From: Candidatus Hydrothermarchaeota archaeon
Lineage (GTDB): Archaea > CAYFZR01
Reading direction: 5' to 3'
NCBI GenBank assembly: GCA_046760505.1
Contig: JBHIEG010000004.1
Location: forward strand, 1-64,000
DNA: 64,000 bases
Part shown: in pieces, positions 1 to 9,884 of the stretch
Position numbering within the stretch: the stretch's first letter is position 1
Layout of the letters: each line of letters starts with the position of its first letter
Position numbers and translations under genes: made by a program
Notes under the pieces: generated by a model
What the model saw: the letters and a program-made list of their open reading frames with translations, nothing else
What the model was told of the DNA's origin: nothing
Database searches by the model: none

Positions 1-231
1 CCTGAAGAAGAACCAGAGGTAAGAGAACCAGAAATCGAACCAGAAGTAGAACCCGAAGAAAAAGAGGAATTAAAGCCAGAGGTAAAAGAAAAAAGCGAAG
101 ATCTGGAAAAGAAGATAGAAGAACTCGAAAAACTTTTAAGAAATAGATATACGGAAAAGTCAGGGGAGTCTGAAGAGTCTGAAGAATCAGGGGAAGAAAA
201 AATAGACGAACTAAGAAAGAAGTTCAAGTGA
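1..231 (+). CDS. C-terminal part of an acidic Glu/Pro-rich low-complexity protein (5'-truncated by the window)
   Basis: Frame 1 is open from base 1 (PEEEPEVREPEIEPEVEPEE...LRKKFK) to TGA at 229-231; absent from the ORF track because the start is outside the window. Confidence 0.75.
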   Translation, partial: PEEEPEVREPEIEPEVEPEEKEELKPEVKEKSEDLEKKIEELEKLLRNRYTEKSGESEESEESGEEKIDELRKKFK

Positions 232-286
232 ATAATTAAGCACCTTGCTTGGAGTTAATGAGACCTTCAAACTGAGAGGACATTAC

Positions 287-736
287 ATGGATCGGCTATT
301 CAAAAATTTAAATAAAGAAGACATTGAAAAGTGCTCGAATTTAATTTCTAAAATTACAGCATCAGACATAATGATTCCCACTTCCAAGCTCTACGTTACA
401 GATCCAGACAAAACCATAGGCTATGCAAAATTAAAAATGGTTAGGAACAACATAGGATCGCTTTTGGTTGTTAAAGACGATGTGCTAGTGGGGATCATTA
501 CTCATAGAGACGCTAACTTTTTGGGTGATGATGCGGTAGAACTCTCTGTTAAGGATATAATGTCAAAGGAACTAGAGGTAGTATCTCCTGAATCTTCAAT
601 AAGGGAAGTAGTAGATATTATGTTAAGAAAAGGGTATCAAAGGGTACCTGTTCTAGAAAATGGGAAGTTAGTAGGACTTATCACTCAAGGTTCTGTGATC
701 AGGGCCCTTTCAAACATCCTAAATGTAGGTTCTTAG
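287..736 (+). CDS. CBS-pair domain protein
   Basis: Tandem CBS motifs (TASDIM...LVGIITHRD; VKDIMSK...LVGLITQ); ATG at 287 after GAGGA preferred over TTG at 245. Confidence 0.85.
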   Translation: MDRLFKNLNKEDIEKCSNLISKITASDIMIPTSKLYVTDPDKTIGYAKLKMVRNNIGSLLVVKDDVLVGIITHRDANFLGDDAVELSVKDIMSKELEVVSPESSIREVVDIMLRKGYQRVPVLENGKLVGLITQGSVIRALSNILNVGS

Positions 737-1884
737 TCTAACTCAATGAGATAGCTTGCTTTTAGCGCTTTTTCTATCAAACCATCTATGTCAATATCTT
801 TTTCAATGTTCAATACATCTTCCAATTTGGCTCCAGTCACCGGATGCTCAGGGACTGCTGAGCAGCTCTTTGCCTTTTGAATAGACTTTTCAAATGTACC
901 GATAAGTTTTGCGTATCTTTCGGTTTCTTTCTTGTCTATTCCTATGAGGGGTCTAAATACGGTAATTGTGCTGGCATCGTCTAACACAAGAATGTTATCT
1001 AGGGTTTGGCTTGCCACCTGTCCGAGGCTCTCTCCAGTAACGATTCCTCTTGCATTATTCTCTCTGGCGATTATGTTGGCGATTCTGTACATGCTCCTCT
1101 TACATAGAACGCACGTGAATTTTCTTCTAGGGAGAGAGGTAAGTTTTTCTAGAAATTCTCCATAAGGCACTATTCTCAAACTCATTTTTTCTCCTATGCT
1201 CCATTTGGATAGAACTTTTGCTACTTCGATTGCTCTTTTTAAAGTTGTCTCATCGGTAAAAGGCGAATTATCGAAGTAAACGGGTAAGATACTACAACCC
1301 CTTTTCATCATCAGCCAGGTCGCAACAGGGCTGTCTATTCCTCCAGAAAGTAAAGATACAAGTTTACCTTGACTCCCTAGTGGCAGGCCTCCAGGTCCCG
1401 TGTAGGTTTCAGTGAATATAAAACAGTCCTTGTCTCTCACCTCGATGAATATTTCTCTGTCTGGATTATCCAAATCAACGGAATTTCCTAAATTTACTAA
1501 AACAGATCCAGCCTCCCTTGCTAACTCTTGGCTTGTATAATCGTGCTTTCCTACTCTTCTAGCCCGGATCGCGAAACTCTCTCCTTTTTTAATGAGAGAA
1601 GTGGCATTTTTCCTAATAAAAGATTTAATTTCTTCTAAATCAGAGTTGCAAGAGTATGCAGGACTCGCTGAAGAGATACCAAATACTCTTGATACTCTTT
1701 GTGAGACTTCAATGGGCTCCCTGGTCCATATGTATATTCTCCCCCATCTTCTATCTATGTTTCCTTTCAATCCGTTCTCAGACATGGAGTCTATTATGTT
1801 TTTTATCAATAACTCCTCAAACTTCCTCCTCGTCCTTTTACCCTTTAAACCTATCTCGTCGTATCTAATTATCACTGCATCCAT
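733..1884 (-). CDS. thiI: tRNA 4-thiouridine synthase ThiI (THUMP + PP-loop)
   Basis: IRYDEIGLKG N-terminus, LLSGGIDSPVA PP-loop, TGESLGQVASQTL, RPLIG. Confidence 0.95.
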   Translation of the reverse strand: MDAVIIRYDEIGLKGKRTRRKFEELLIKNIIDSMSENGLKGNIDRRWGRIYIWTREPIEVSQRVSRVFGISSASPAYSCNSDLEEIKSFIRKNATSLIKKGESFAIRARRVGKHDYTSQELAREAGSVLVNLGNSVDLDNPDREIFIEVRDKDCFIFTETYTGPGGLPLGSQGKLVSLLSGGIDSPVATWLMMKRGCSILPVYFDNSPFTDETTLKRAIEVAKVLSKWSIGEKMSLRIVPYGEFLEKLTSLPRRKFTCVLCKRSMYRIANIIARENNARGIVTGESLGQVASQTLDNILVLDDASTITVFRPLIGIDKKETERYAKLIGTFEKSIQKAKSCSAVPEHPVTGAKLEDVLNIEKDIDIDGLIEKALKASYLIELD

Positions 1885-1900
1885 TTATTCACCAAAAAAC

Positions 1901-2135
1901 CTAGTGGGCATCCACAAAATAAATTGGTTGTCTTGCATCTTTAAAATTAAATCTTTCTTTTATGTATTTAAGAGACTTAAGCCTTGTTAGGGCATATCTT
2001 ACCGTTCTTGGAGGAAGAACAGTCTCTTCAATAATCTCTTTTTGAGTCAGTGGACCCTTGTACTCCAATATCTTAAAAACAAACTTTGCAGAAGGCGGTA
2101 GCTGCTCAAAGACAAACAGAATTCCCCCTTTCCAT
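1901..2135 (-). CDS. Small archaeal winged-HTH regulator, frameshifted or with a non-canonical start
   Basis: Own translation: LFVFEQLPPSAKFVFKILEYKGPLTQKEIIEETVLPPRTVRYALTRLKSLKYIKERFNFKDARQPIYFVDAH*. The SD-associated ATG at 2135 is one base out of frame; in-frame CTG at 2119. Confidence 0.75.
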
Positions 2136-2248
2136 TTTAGACACCTCCTTTTTTTTCATGAAGCTAATTCACCAATAAAAAGGTATATATTCACCTTTCA
2201 TATTAGCACGTTATAGAGGATGTATAAATAGGTTATGGAGGATAATGA

Positions 2249-2614
2249 ATGAGGCCCCCTTGTGAAGTGGTTGTTAAGATTATATTGCCAAGCATAAGGG
2301 CTTTGGTCGCCAAAGGACTTATAGAAAAGTATGATATGACTCAAAAAAGGGTGTCTGAAAAACTTGGAGTTACTCAGCCTGCGATAAGCCAGTACATGAG
2401 CGGAAAACATGCTTTTTGGAGGGAATTAACCGAGAATAAAGAAGTAATGGAGCTAATAAACGATTTTGAGCATAAATTAATGAGTGACGAAGCTGAAGCG
2501 TTCGATATGATTTCGTTGATCTGTGATATCTGCATGAGAATAAGATCAAGTGAAGAATTTCGAAATCTCTACGAGGAGCACCTTGAACTTCATGGGTGTG
2601 ATATTTGCAGATGA
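2249..2614 (+). CDS. HTH transcriptional regulator (COG2522-like)
   Basis: MRPPCE...LPSIRA, HTH TQKRVSEKLGVTQPAISQY, C-terminal CxxC motifs. Confidence 0.85.
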   Translation: MRPPCEVVVKIILPSIRALVAKGLIEKYDMTQKRVSEKLGVTQPAISQYMSGKHAFWRELTENKEVMELINDFEHKLMSDEAEAFDMISLICDICMRIRSSEEFRNLYEEHLELHGCDICR

Positions 2615-2683
2615 CATAACATGAGTAAAAAATAAATATAAGGACGTTTTAATTTATTCTAACAAGTTAGAGGGTTGTTATCG

Positions 2684-2908
2684 ATGACAGACTGCCGTCT
2701 GACAGTTAGATTATCAAATAGGGAACTCAGAGGGATTGATGTATTAGTTGAAAACGGTGTATTTCCAAACAGGAGTGAGGCTATTAGGGAAGCCCTAAGG
2801 AAGTTTTTGAGGAAGAAGGTTAAAGAAGAAGAACCTTTAAGAAGCATACAGATCAGGGAAGATCAGCATAGGTGGAGAATTTATCCGAGAAAATACACTC
2901 TGAGATAA
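2684..2908 (+). CDS. Ribbon-helix-helix (CopG/Arc/MetJ) protein
   Basis: LTVRL...IDVLVENGVFPNRSEAIREALR. Confidence 0.85.
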   Translation: MTDCRLTVRLSNRELRGIDVLVENGVFPNRSEAIREALRKFLRKKVKEEEPLRSIQIREDQHRWRIYPRKYTLR

Positions 2909-2968
2909 GTGGTAACTCTTACCTAATTTACCCTAGTCCATATTGACAGAAGATTTTGTAGTTACAGC

Positions 2969-3784
2969 ATGATCAAGGAGAGAAAAATGCTTTCTGAGAT
3001 AGATGAGAAACTTCGGGAGATGCTTTCTGAAAAAAGAGTTGCTGTGGCCTTATCTGGCGGTGTAGACAGTTCTCTGGTGACTGCATTAAGCAAGATTTAT
3101 GCAAAGGATGTTGTTGCGCTAACAGTGGACATGGAAAAAGTACCCTCAGGAACGATAGAAGATGCCAGAGAAATTGCCAAGCATATTGGAGTAGAGCACA
3201 GAGTTTTAAGAGCTGAGATAATGCACTTGGATAAATTTGTCGAAAATCCTCCGGATAGATGTTATCACTGCAAGAAGGTGATGTGGAGTATCATCGCTGA
3301 TCATTGCAAGGATATGAACATAGATTTATACTTGGATGGAACAAACGCGGATGAACTCAAAGAACACCGACCAGGGATAATAGCAAACAGAGAATTTGGT
3401 GTAATAAGCCCTCTTGCCGAATTAGGACTCAAAAAGAGAGATATAAGAAAGTTAGCAAGAGAATTAGGACTACCTAACCATGATAAACCATCGAACGCAT
3501 GTTTGTCCTCGAGGGTTCCTTATAATACCAGAATATCCAAGGAACTTCTTGAAAGAATAGACAAGAGCGAGGCCTTCCTAAGGAACTTCCTGAACTTAAG
3601 GCAAGTCAGGGTTAGAGTTCATGAGAATCTCGCGAGAATAGAAGTCGAGAAGGAAGAAATGCATAAATTTTTCGATAAAGAAGTTTTGGAGATGATTCAT
3701 CAAAAATTAGAAGAATTTGGATTTAAATACATATGTCTTGATCTAAGAGGATATAGATCTGGTAGCATGGACGAGGTACTCTAA
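2969..3784 (+). CDS. larE: LarE-family ATP-dependent sulfur transferase
   Basis: ALSGGVDSS PP-loop, NPPDRCYHCKK, DGTNAD, CLSSRVPY, LDLRGYRSGSMD. Confidence 0.9.
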   Translation: MIKERKMLSEIDEKLREMLSEKRVAVALSGGVDSSLVTALSKIYAKDVVALTVDMEKVPSGTIEDAREIAKHIGVEHRVLRAEIMHLDKFVENPPDRCYHCKKVMWSIIADHCKDMNIDLYLDGTNADELKEHRPGIIANREFGVISPLAELGLKKRDIRKLARELGLPNHDKPSNACLSSRVPYNTRISKELLERIDKSEAFLRNFLNLRQVRVRVHENLARIEVEKEEMHKFFDKEVLEMIHQKLEEFGFKYICLDLRGYRSGSMDEVL

Positions 3785-3918
3785 TATCCACATAATCAGA
3801 TCCAAATCAGAATTAGGCGTTAAATATCTATTTTTTTATAAAAGTCTAATATTAATATTTATAAACGTTTAACGAGGTAGAAAACATTGGATATTCGATA
3901 AATCATCGGATGGTGTAA

Positions 3919-6279
3919 ATGAATAGTTCACTCGGAAAAACTGGTATTTACATATGCCACTGTGGAGTGAATATAGCCGGAGTAGTTGATGTAAAGAAAC
4001 TAGTGGAAGAGTTAAAGGAAGAATTGGGAGAAAGTTACATCGTAAAAGATTATGAGTTCATGTGCTCTGATCCTGGGCAGATATTGATTGAAGATGACAT
4101 AAAGGAAGAGAAGTTGGATAGAGTAGTTATTGCTGCTTGCTCTCCAAAATTACATGAACCCACTTTTAGAAGAGTCTTGGCTAAATCAGGACTCAATCCT
4201 TATCTTTTAGAAATGGCCAATATAAGGGAGCACTGTTCTTGGGTTCACATGAAAGATCCGGAAAAAGCAACAAAGAAAGCAAAAGACATTATAAAAATGA
4301 GCATTGCAAGATCAAAACTGCTAGAGCCATTGGAAAAGAAAAAAGTTAAGGTATTAAAAAGCGCTCTTGTAATAGGAGGAGGTATAGCAGGTATCGAAGC
4401 ATCTTTGAATCTTGCTAATCAAGGGTTCAAGGTATATCTCCTAGAAGAGACGCCGAGCATAGGAGGAAGGATGGCTCAGTGGGACAAAGTTTTTCCCACT
4501 GGAGATTGTTCCATATGCATACTAGGACCTAAAATGGTAGATGTGCATTATCACGAAAACATCGAACTTCTCACATATTCTGAGCTGTTGGATGTTGAAG
4601 GAGAAGTGGGATCCTTTAGGTGCAAGATAAAAAAGAAAACAAGGTTTGTAGATGAATCAAAGTGTACTGGATGTGGTTTGTGCTCTGATTTGTGTCCTGT
4701 TGAGGTTCCGAATGAGTTTGAATTTGGCTTGGGGAGTAGAAAAGCCATTTATGTTCCATTTCCTCAGGCGGTCCCTCTGATCTATGTTATAGACAAGGAT
4801 AATTGCATTGGTTGTGGACTCTGCTCTGAAGTATGCGAACCAGAAGCAATAAACTATGAAAGCAATGATGAGGAGATTGAGATAGAAGTTGGGACCATAA
4901 TAGTCGCTGTCGGTGGAGATCCCTTCGACCCATCTGTAATCAAGGAATACAACTATTCTGAGTATCCTGATGTTATCACCACTGCTGAATTGGAGAGAAT
5001 ACTCAATACAACAGGACCTACGAGGGGTAAGCTTATAAGACCTTCTGATAACAAGGTTCCAAAGAGGATTGCCTTTGTACAATGCGCTGGTTTTAGAGAT
5101 GATAGATTCAACGAATATTGCTCAAGATTCTGCTGCATGGCAAGCCTGAAGGAATCACAGTTAATAAAAGAGAAACATCCGGATGCAGAGATATTTATCT
5201 TCTACATGGATATAAGGGCATTTGGTAAGGGATACGAAGAGTACTATAAGAGAATTCAAAAAGAATTTGGTGTTAAGTTCATAAGGGGCAGGATAGCGGA
5301 AATAGTGGAGAAAAATGGAGTACTTCTGGTAAGAGGAGAGGACACACTCCTTGGAGAGCCCATAGAACTTGAAATGGATCTTGTTGTACTTTCTGTAGGG
5401 ATGGTACCCTCTAAATATTCCAAAAAAGTACAAGAAAAACTTAAACTATGCACGAGCCCTGATGGTTTTTTGATGGAGGCTCATCCTAAGTTGAGACCCG
5501 TAGAAACGGAAACCGAAGGAATATACATTTGCGGCTATGCTCAGGGACCCAAGGACATACAGGATTCTGTTGCTCAAGCAGCAGCAAGTGCTGCAAAAGC
5601 CAGCACCCTCATGGCTAGGGGGGAAGTAGAACTGGAGGCACTCATAGCAGAGGTGGACCAAGACAAATGTACGGGATGTAAGCTTTGTGAAACCATATGC
5701 GAGTTTAATGCTCCGAAGGTAGTGGAAAAAAAGGCGAACATAAGCGAGAAGTCATGCGTCGGATGTGGAGTCTGTGTTGGAGCCTGTCCTGCAGATGCTA
5801 TAAAGATCTATCATTTTACGGATGAACAGATAAGAAGCCAAATGCACGCTGTATTATCAAGTAAGAGAGAAGTACCCCTGATACTTGTATTCGCGTGCAA
5901 CTGGTGCTCTTACGTAGGGGCAGATCTTGCTGGAATAAGCAGATACCAGTATCCCACGAATGTAAGGATAATAAGGATGATGTGCAGTGGAAGGCTTGAT
6001 CCAGCTTTTGTGCTTGAAGCCTTTTATTTGGGAGCGGATGGGGTGCTGATAACCGGATGCCACCCAGGGGACTGTCATTACAGATTTGGAAATATACACG
6101 CAGAAAAAAGATATTATGCTTTGAAGGAGATATTGGGAATAATAGGAATAGATCCAAGAAGATTGAGGTTAGAGTGGATATCTGCCTCAGAAGGAGAAAG
6201 ATTTGCCTCTGTTGTTACGGATATGGTAAGAGAGATAAAGGAAATTGGTCCGATAGGATATGAGTTCTTAGGGGTATGA
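3919..6279 (+). CDS. hdrA: Heterodisulfide reductase subunit A fused to C-terminal MvhD (hydrogenase delta subunit)
   Basis: CHCGxNI, ACSP, NIREHCSW, GGGIAG FAD motif, YCSRFCC, ferredoxin motifs; C-terminal CNWCSY...CSGR...GCHPGDCHY...WISASEG. Confidence 0.95.
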   Translation: MNSSLGKTGIYICHCGVNIAGVVDVKKLVEELKEELGESYIVKDYEFMCSDPGQILIEDDIKEEKLDRVVIAACSPKLHEPTFRRVLAKSGLNPYLLEMANIREHCSWVHMKDPEKATKKAKDIIKMSIARSKLLEPLEKKKVKVLKSALVIGGGIAGIEASLNLANQGFKVYLLEETPSIGGRMAQWDKVFPTGDCSICILGPKMVDVHYHENIELLTYSELLDVEGEVGSFRCKIKKKTRFVDESKCTGCGLCSDLCPVEVPNEFEFGLGSRKAIYVPFPQAVPLIYVIDKDNCIGCGLCSEVCEPEAINYESNDEEIEIEVGTIIVAVGGDPFDPSVIKEYNYSEYPDVITTAELERILNTTGPTRGKLIRPSDNKVPKRIAFVQCAGFRDDRFNEYCSRFCCMASLKESQLIKEKHPDAEIFIFYMDIRAFGKGYEEYYKRIQKEFGVKFIRGRIAEIVEKNGVLLVRGEDTLLGEPIELEMDLVVLSVGMVPSKYSKKVQEKLKLCTSPDGFLMEAHPKLRPVETETEGIYICGYAQGPKDIQDSVAQAAASAAKASTLMARGEVELEALIAEVDQDKCTGCKLCETICEFNAPKVVEKKANISEKSCVGCGVCVGACPADAIKIYHFTDEQIRSQMHAVLSSKREVPLILVFACNWCSYVGADLAGISRYQYPTNVRIIRMMCSGRLDPAFVLEAFYLGADGVLITGCHPGDCHYRFGNIHAEKRYYALKEILGIIGIDPRRLRLEWISASEGERFASVVTDMVREIKEIGPIGYEFLGV

Positions 6280-6280
6280 G

Positions 6281-7600
6281 ATGAGTGATAAGAAAGAAAC
6301 TTGGATGGACATGGAAGATAAGAAAATTATTTACGGACAGAAATCTCCAGATCACGAAAGAAAGATAATCTACGATATTGAAAGATGCACCGGATGCGGG
6401 CTATGTGTTAAGGCATGCCCATTAAGATGCATAGAATTGGCTCCTATGAGCGAGGTTGCTACCGGAGTGATAGATGTCCCCCCAATATTTATAGATCATA
6501 CAGTGTGCGGGTTCTGCGGTATTTGCGTTGGGGTCTGTCCATTTCATTCTCTAAAAATGGAGATGGACGGGAAAGAATTTGATATCGAATCAGTTGGCGC
6601 TAGATTAATAGAAGATGTAGAAGTAACCGAAAAATGCCTTCCTTGTAAATTATGCGCTAAAGCATGTCCTGAGGAAGCAATAGATCTAAATTTAGAGCCT
6701 ATTGATAGGATGGATTATATAGAAGGGGAGATAGAAGAACTAGAGGGAGAAATAGAGTTTAACAAAGACGAATGCGTTTATTGCGGTCTTTGCGATGGAT
6801 TGTGCGATGCAATAGAGGTTGTGTGGAGGGAACCTACTCCAGACAATCCCAATCCAATAGATGAGATAATACTCCACAAAGATAAGTGCGATTTTTGCAA
6901 AGTTTGTGAAGTTGTTTGTCCTAAAGGCAGAGATTGTTTTAAGGTAGACGCAGACATAACATGGAAGGTAAAGGATTTTTCTCCAAAAGGGGAGATAAAG
7001 GTAGACAAGGAAAAATGCGTTTATTGCGGAACCTGCGAAGAACTATGTCCTTTTGAGGGAATAATAGTTCATAAGCCCTTTGAAGGAGATATTACTGTAA
7101 TAGAAGAGAAATGTGATCCAGAGGGTTGCGAGGCATGTGTCAAGATATGTCCCGGAAGAGCATTCTTTGTTCCAAAGAAGGAAAGTATCCATGATGAAGT
7201 GCCTAAGATAGCGGTGAGAAAGGAATCTTGCAATTTTTGCGGGGCATGCGAAAATGCATGCAGGTTGGAGATAGTGTCAGCGAAAAGAGACAAGATGAAT
7301 GTCACAGATTTTCCAAATCGTTCCAGCACGCATACGTGGAAACGCGCATTCGATTTATTGGTTGATGGGGCTAAACCCTTTGAGAGTCATACTTTTCTTA
7401 GACCTCCTTCAGAGGAAGAGGTAGAGGAAAAAGAAGAGGAAATTGAGTACAAAGAGGTGGATGAGAGTATTTTAGAGGGTATAAGGGCAGGAATAGATTC
7501 AGTTCTATCAGAACTAGATAAACCAAAGGTAAGGTTTCAGATAGAGAGAGGGGAACCGGATAAGGTTAGGAAGACCTTGGAAAAGAGAAAAGCGAAATGA
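6281..7600 (+). CDS. Polyferredoxin, FwdF/FmdF-like (eight [4Fe-4S] motifs)
   Basis: Eight CxxCxxCxxxC-type motifs counted; starts 2 nt after the hdrA stop. Confidence 0.85.
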   Translation: MSDKKETWMDMEDKKIIYGQKSPDHERKIIYDIERCTGCGLCVKACPLRCIELAPMSEVATGVIDVPPIFIDHTVCGFCGICVGVCPFHSLKMEMDGKEFDIESVGARLIEDVEVTEKCLPCKLCAKACPEEAIDLNLEPIDRMDYIEGEIEELEGEIEFNKDECVYCGLCDGLCDAIEVVWREPTPDNPNPIDEIILHKDKCDFCKVCEVVCPKGRDCFKVDADITWKVKDFSPKGEIKVDKEKCVYCGTCEELCPFEGIIVHKPFEGDITVIEEKCDPEGCEACVKICPGRAFFVPKKESIHDEVPKIAVRKESCNFCGACENACRLEIVSAKRDKMNVTDFPNRSSTHTWKRAFDLLVDGAKPFESHTFLRPPSEEEVEEKEEEIEYKEVDESILEGIRAGIDSVLSELDKPKVRFQIERGEPDKVRKTLEKRKAK

Positions 7601-7689
7601 GACACAAGTTTTCAATCGAATATGGAGATGTAATGATAGATAATAAAAATAATTATATAATTATGGTCCTGACCTGTTTTGGTCCTGAT

Positions 7690-7962
7690 TTAATTACCCG
7701 CAGCCTTGTTAAATAATTCTTCACCATCTTCAGTAAGCCTGTAGAACTTAGTTCTTTTTAAGTCTGACTCTATTTCTTCAATGAGACCCTCTTTTTTCAA
7801 AAGTTCTATTTCATATTTTACAGTCCCCCATTGCATACCTATCTTGTTAGAAATCTGATTTATATTTAATAGGCCATAATCTGAGTTTTTTAAAGCTCTT
7901 AAAATGTTAATTCTCGTTGATCCACCGCTGCTGACAAAGAGGATAATTTTCGGCTTCGCCAT
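7690..7962 (-). CDS. Winged-HTH (ArsR-like) regulator
   Basis: GGSTRINILRAL...NINQIS...L..L...GLI; ATG at 7962 after GGTGGTG. Confidence 0.8.
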   Translation of the reverse strand: MAKPKIILFVSSGGSTRINILRALKNSDYGLLNINQISNKIGMQWGTVKYEIELLKKEGLIEEIESDLKRTKFYRLTEDGEELFNKAAGN

Positions 7963-8133
7963 CCAGCACCACCACCGGTATTTATTGTAATTAATTTTAA
8001 TACAATTTGTTGTCAATTTTCTATAACATTCTTATTTTTTTTTGGATATATAAAGATTTGTTTTATGGAAGATAAGTTGCAAAAAATTTAAGATTTTCTT
8101 CTCATCCTTTGTGATTGAAGGTGATTTGTTAGA

Positions 8134-9036
8134 ATGAAGGCATTAGCTTTCATAAAAGAACTTCGGGCACCCTTCTTTACCGCTACAGTGGTCCCAGTTT
8201 TACTCGGAGGAACAATAGCATTTTCTCACGGTATTTTTCATATTCAATATTTCCTTCTCGCACTTATAGGTGCTATTTTTTTGCACGCTGGAACCAATGT
8301 GATCAATGATTACTTTGATTTTTTGAGTAAGGACGATTTGCTTGTAGAAATAAAAACTCCATTCAGCGGTGGGAGTGGAATATTACCTGCAGGACTTTTG
8401 AAGCCTAAAGAGGTCTTTATTTTTTCTCTAATACTATTTTTGATTGGTTCTATAATAGGACTGTATCTTACCTTTGTTAGAGGAGCCTTCATACTTTTGA
8501 TTGGTGTTGTAGCAGTATTTTCAGGCATTTTTTATTCTGCTCCACCAGTTTCTCTGGCAAATAGAGGTATAGGGGAATTATTTGTTGGTTTGAATTTTGG
8601 TCCTTTATGCGCATTGGGTTCGTATTATGTCCTGAGTCAAGAGATTTCATTTGAACCAATATATGCTTCTATTCCTGTAGGTATTTTGATAGCTACCGTC
8701 TTATACATAAATGAATTTCCAGATTATTCTGCAGATAAACAGGTAGGAAAGAGACATTTAGTGGTAAGATTGGGAAAGGAAAAGGCTGTTAGAGGATATG
8801 CCCTGTTATTCTTGGTTACTTATCTTTTCATTTTTGCAGGAGTAATCATTAAAATACTTCCGATGTACAGTTTGTTGGCCATGGCTACAGCTCCTTATGC
8901 GGTAAAGGCAGTGAAAATTGCAAAAAAATATTACGAAGACACGGTGAATTTAATTCCTGCTATGGGATTGACGATAAGGATACACCTTCTGACAGGACTT
9001 TTACTTTCCATCTCCTATCTTCTTGAAGCTCTTTAG
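8134..9036 (+). CDS. menA: UbiA-family prenyltransferase, MenA-like (DHNA octaprenyltransferase)
   Basis: ELRAPF, NVINDYFD, TPFSGGSG, YSAPP, INEFPDYSADKQVGKR; multi-pass membrane protein. Confidence 0.8.
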   Translation: MKALAFIKELRAPFFTATVVPVLLGGTIAFSHGIFHIQYFLLALIGAIFLHAGTNVINDYFDFLSKDDLLVEIKTPFSGGSGILPAGLLKPKEVFIFSLILFLIGSIIGLYLTFVRGAFILLIGVVAVFSGIFYSAPPVSLANRGIGELFVGLNFGPLCALGSYYVLSQEISFEPIYASIPVGILIATVLYINEFPDYSADKQVGKRHLVVRLGKEKAVRGYALLFLVTYLFIFAGVIIKILPMYSLLAMATAPYAVKAVKIAKKYYEDTVNLIPAMGLTIRIHLLTGLLLSISYLLEAL

Positions 9037-9063
9037 GCGCTGATTTGATAATTTATGAATTTT

Positions 9064-9861
9064 TTAAGGGTATGCAAGATCTTCCATGACTAGTCTTCTC
9101 ATTTCTCTGGTTTCCTTTTCATTTTTTATAAAATATGCGATATCATTCTCATGGTTTAATCCTACGAGCGAGTGGATTTCTCTATATTTTTTTTGGCGAG
9201 CATATGTTCTCATGTACTCAGCCATGTATTTGGATCTATCAAGGCGCATTTCTGTTATAGATCTAATATTTGCTCTATTCAGGATTGTTTTTCTTTTAAG
9301 ATAATCTAGTTTAAATCTTCCTGGGATGTTATCCCCGATGAATATCAGCCTAGCTTTTTTAAAACAATTCTCATCCTCCAAAGAACGAAGCAACAGCTTT
9401 TCTCTCCCCTCTTTTAGAGGATTTTCTTCAGATGGAAAATAAAATGGAGAAGAAATTACAAATTTGTACTCAGATATCGGGACAATTTTCCCGTCTCTCA
9501 TGTTTATTCCTTTTTTTAGATCGAATATTTCTTTAAAACCCTCTTCGTAAAGCAAAACTTCAAGATCTTTGATTTTTGAATCTATATATTTCTTTACTGA
9601 TTCAGAAGGCTCTTTAAATCCTCTGAAACCATGAATTACTCCATGTACATAAAAACTTATTCCTCTATCGACAACTTTCGTTCCAGGTAAATCATCTAAA
9701 TCTTTTAATCCAATATATGTAAGAAACCAGTCTTTTTTGGCTTTTTCATACAGCCCCTCTGTATCTTTGAATTCAATGCCTTTTTCCTTGTATTTCTTGG
9801 ATAAGTCGTCTAAGTTTGCGCATTCTAGGAAGTCTTCTTTTTTAAGAATGGGGTCAGGCAT
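9064..9861 (-). CDS. Hypothetical protein
   Basis: 265-aa ORF; VHGVIHG, YEEG and VGLNHE motifs weakly suggest a TraB-like metal-binding fold. Confidence 0.6.
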   Translation of the reverse strand: MPDPILKKEDFLECANLDDLSKKYKEKGIEFKDTEGLYEKAKKDWFLTYIGLKDLDDLPGTKVVDRGISFYVHGVIHGFRGFKEPSESVKKYIDSKIKDLEVLLYEEGFKEIFDLKKGINMRDGKIVPISEYKFVISSPFYFPSEENPLKEGREKLLLRSLEDENCFKKARLIFIGDNIPGRFKLDYLKRKTILNRANIRSITEMRLDRSKYMAEYMRTYARQKKYREIHSLVGLNHENDIAYFIKNEKETREMRRLVMEDLAYP

Positions 9862-9884
9862 AAAAGAAAAATCCGGTAAGAGCG

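Noticed and set aside
2684-2908. RHH protein as NikR
   Set aside because: Too short and lacks the His-rich C-terminal nickel-binding domain
3919-6279. Selenocysteine recoding in HdrA/MvhD
   Set aside because: The frame is uninterrupted and the motif positions are ordinary Cys
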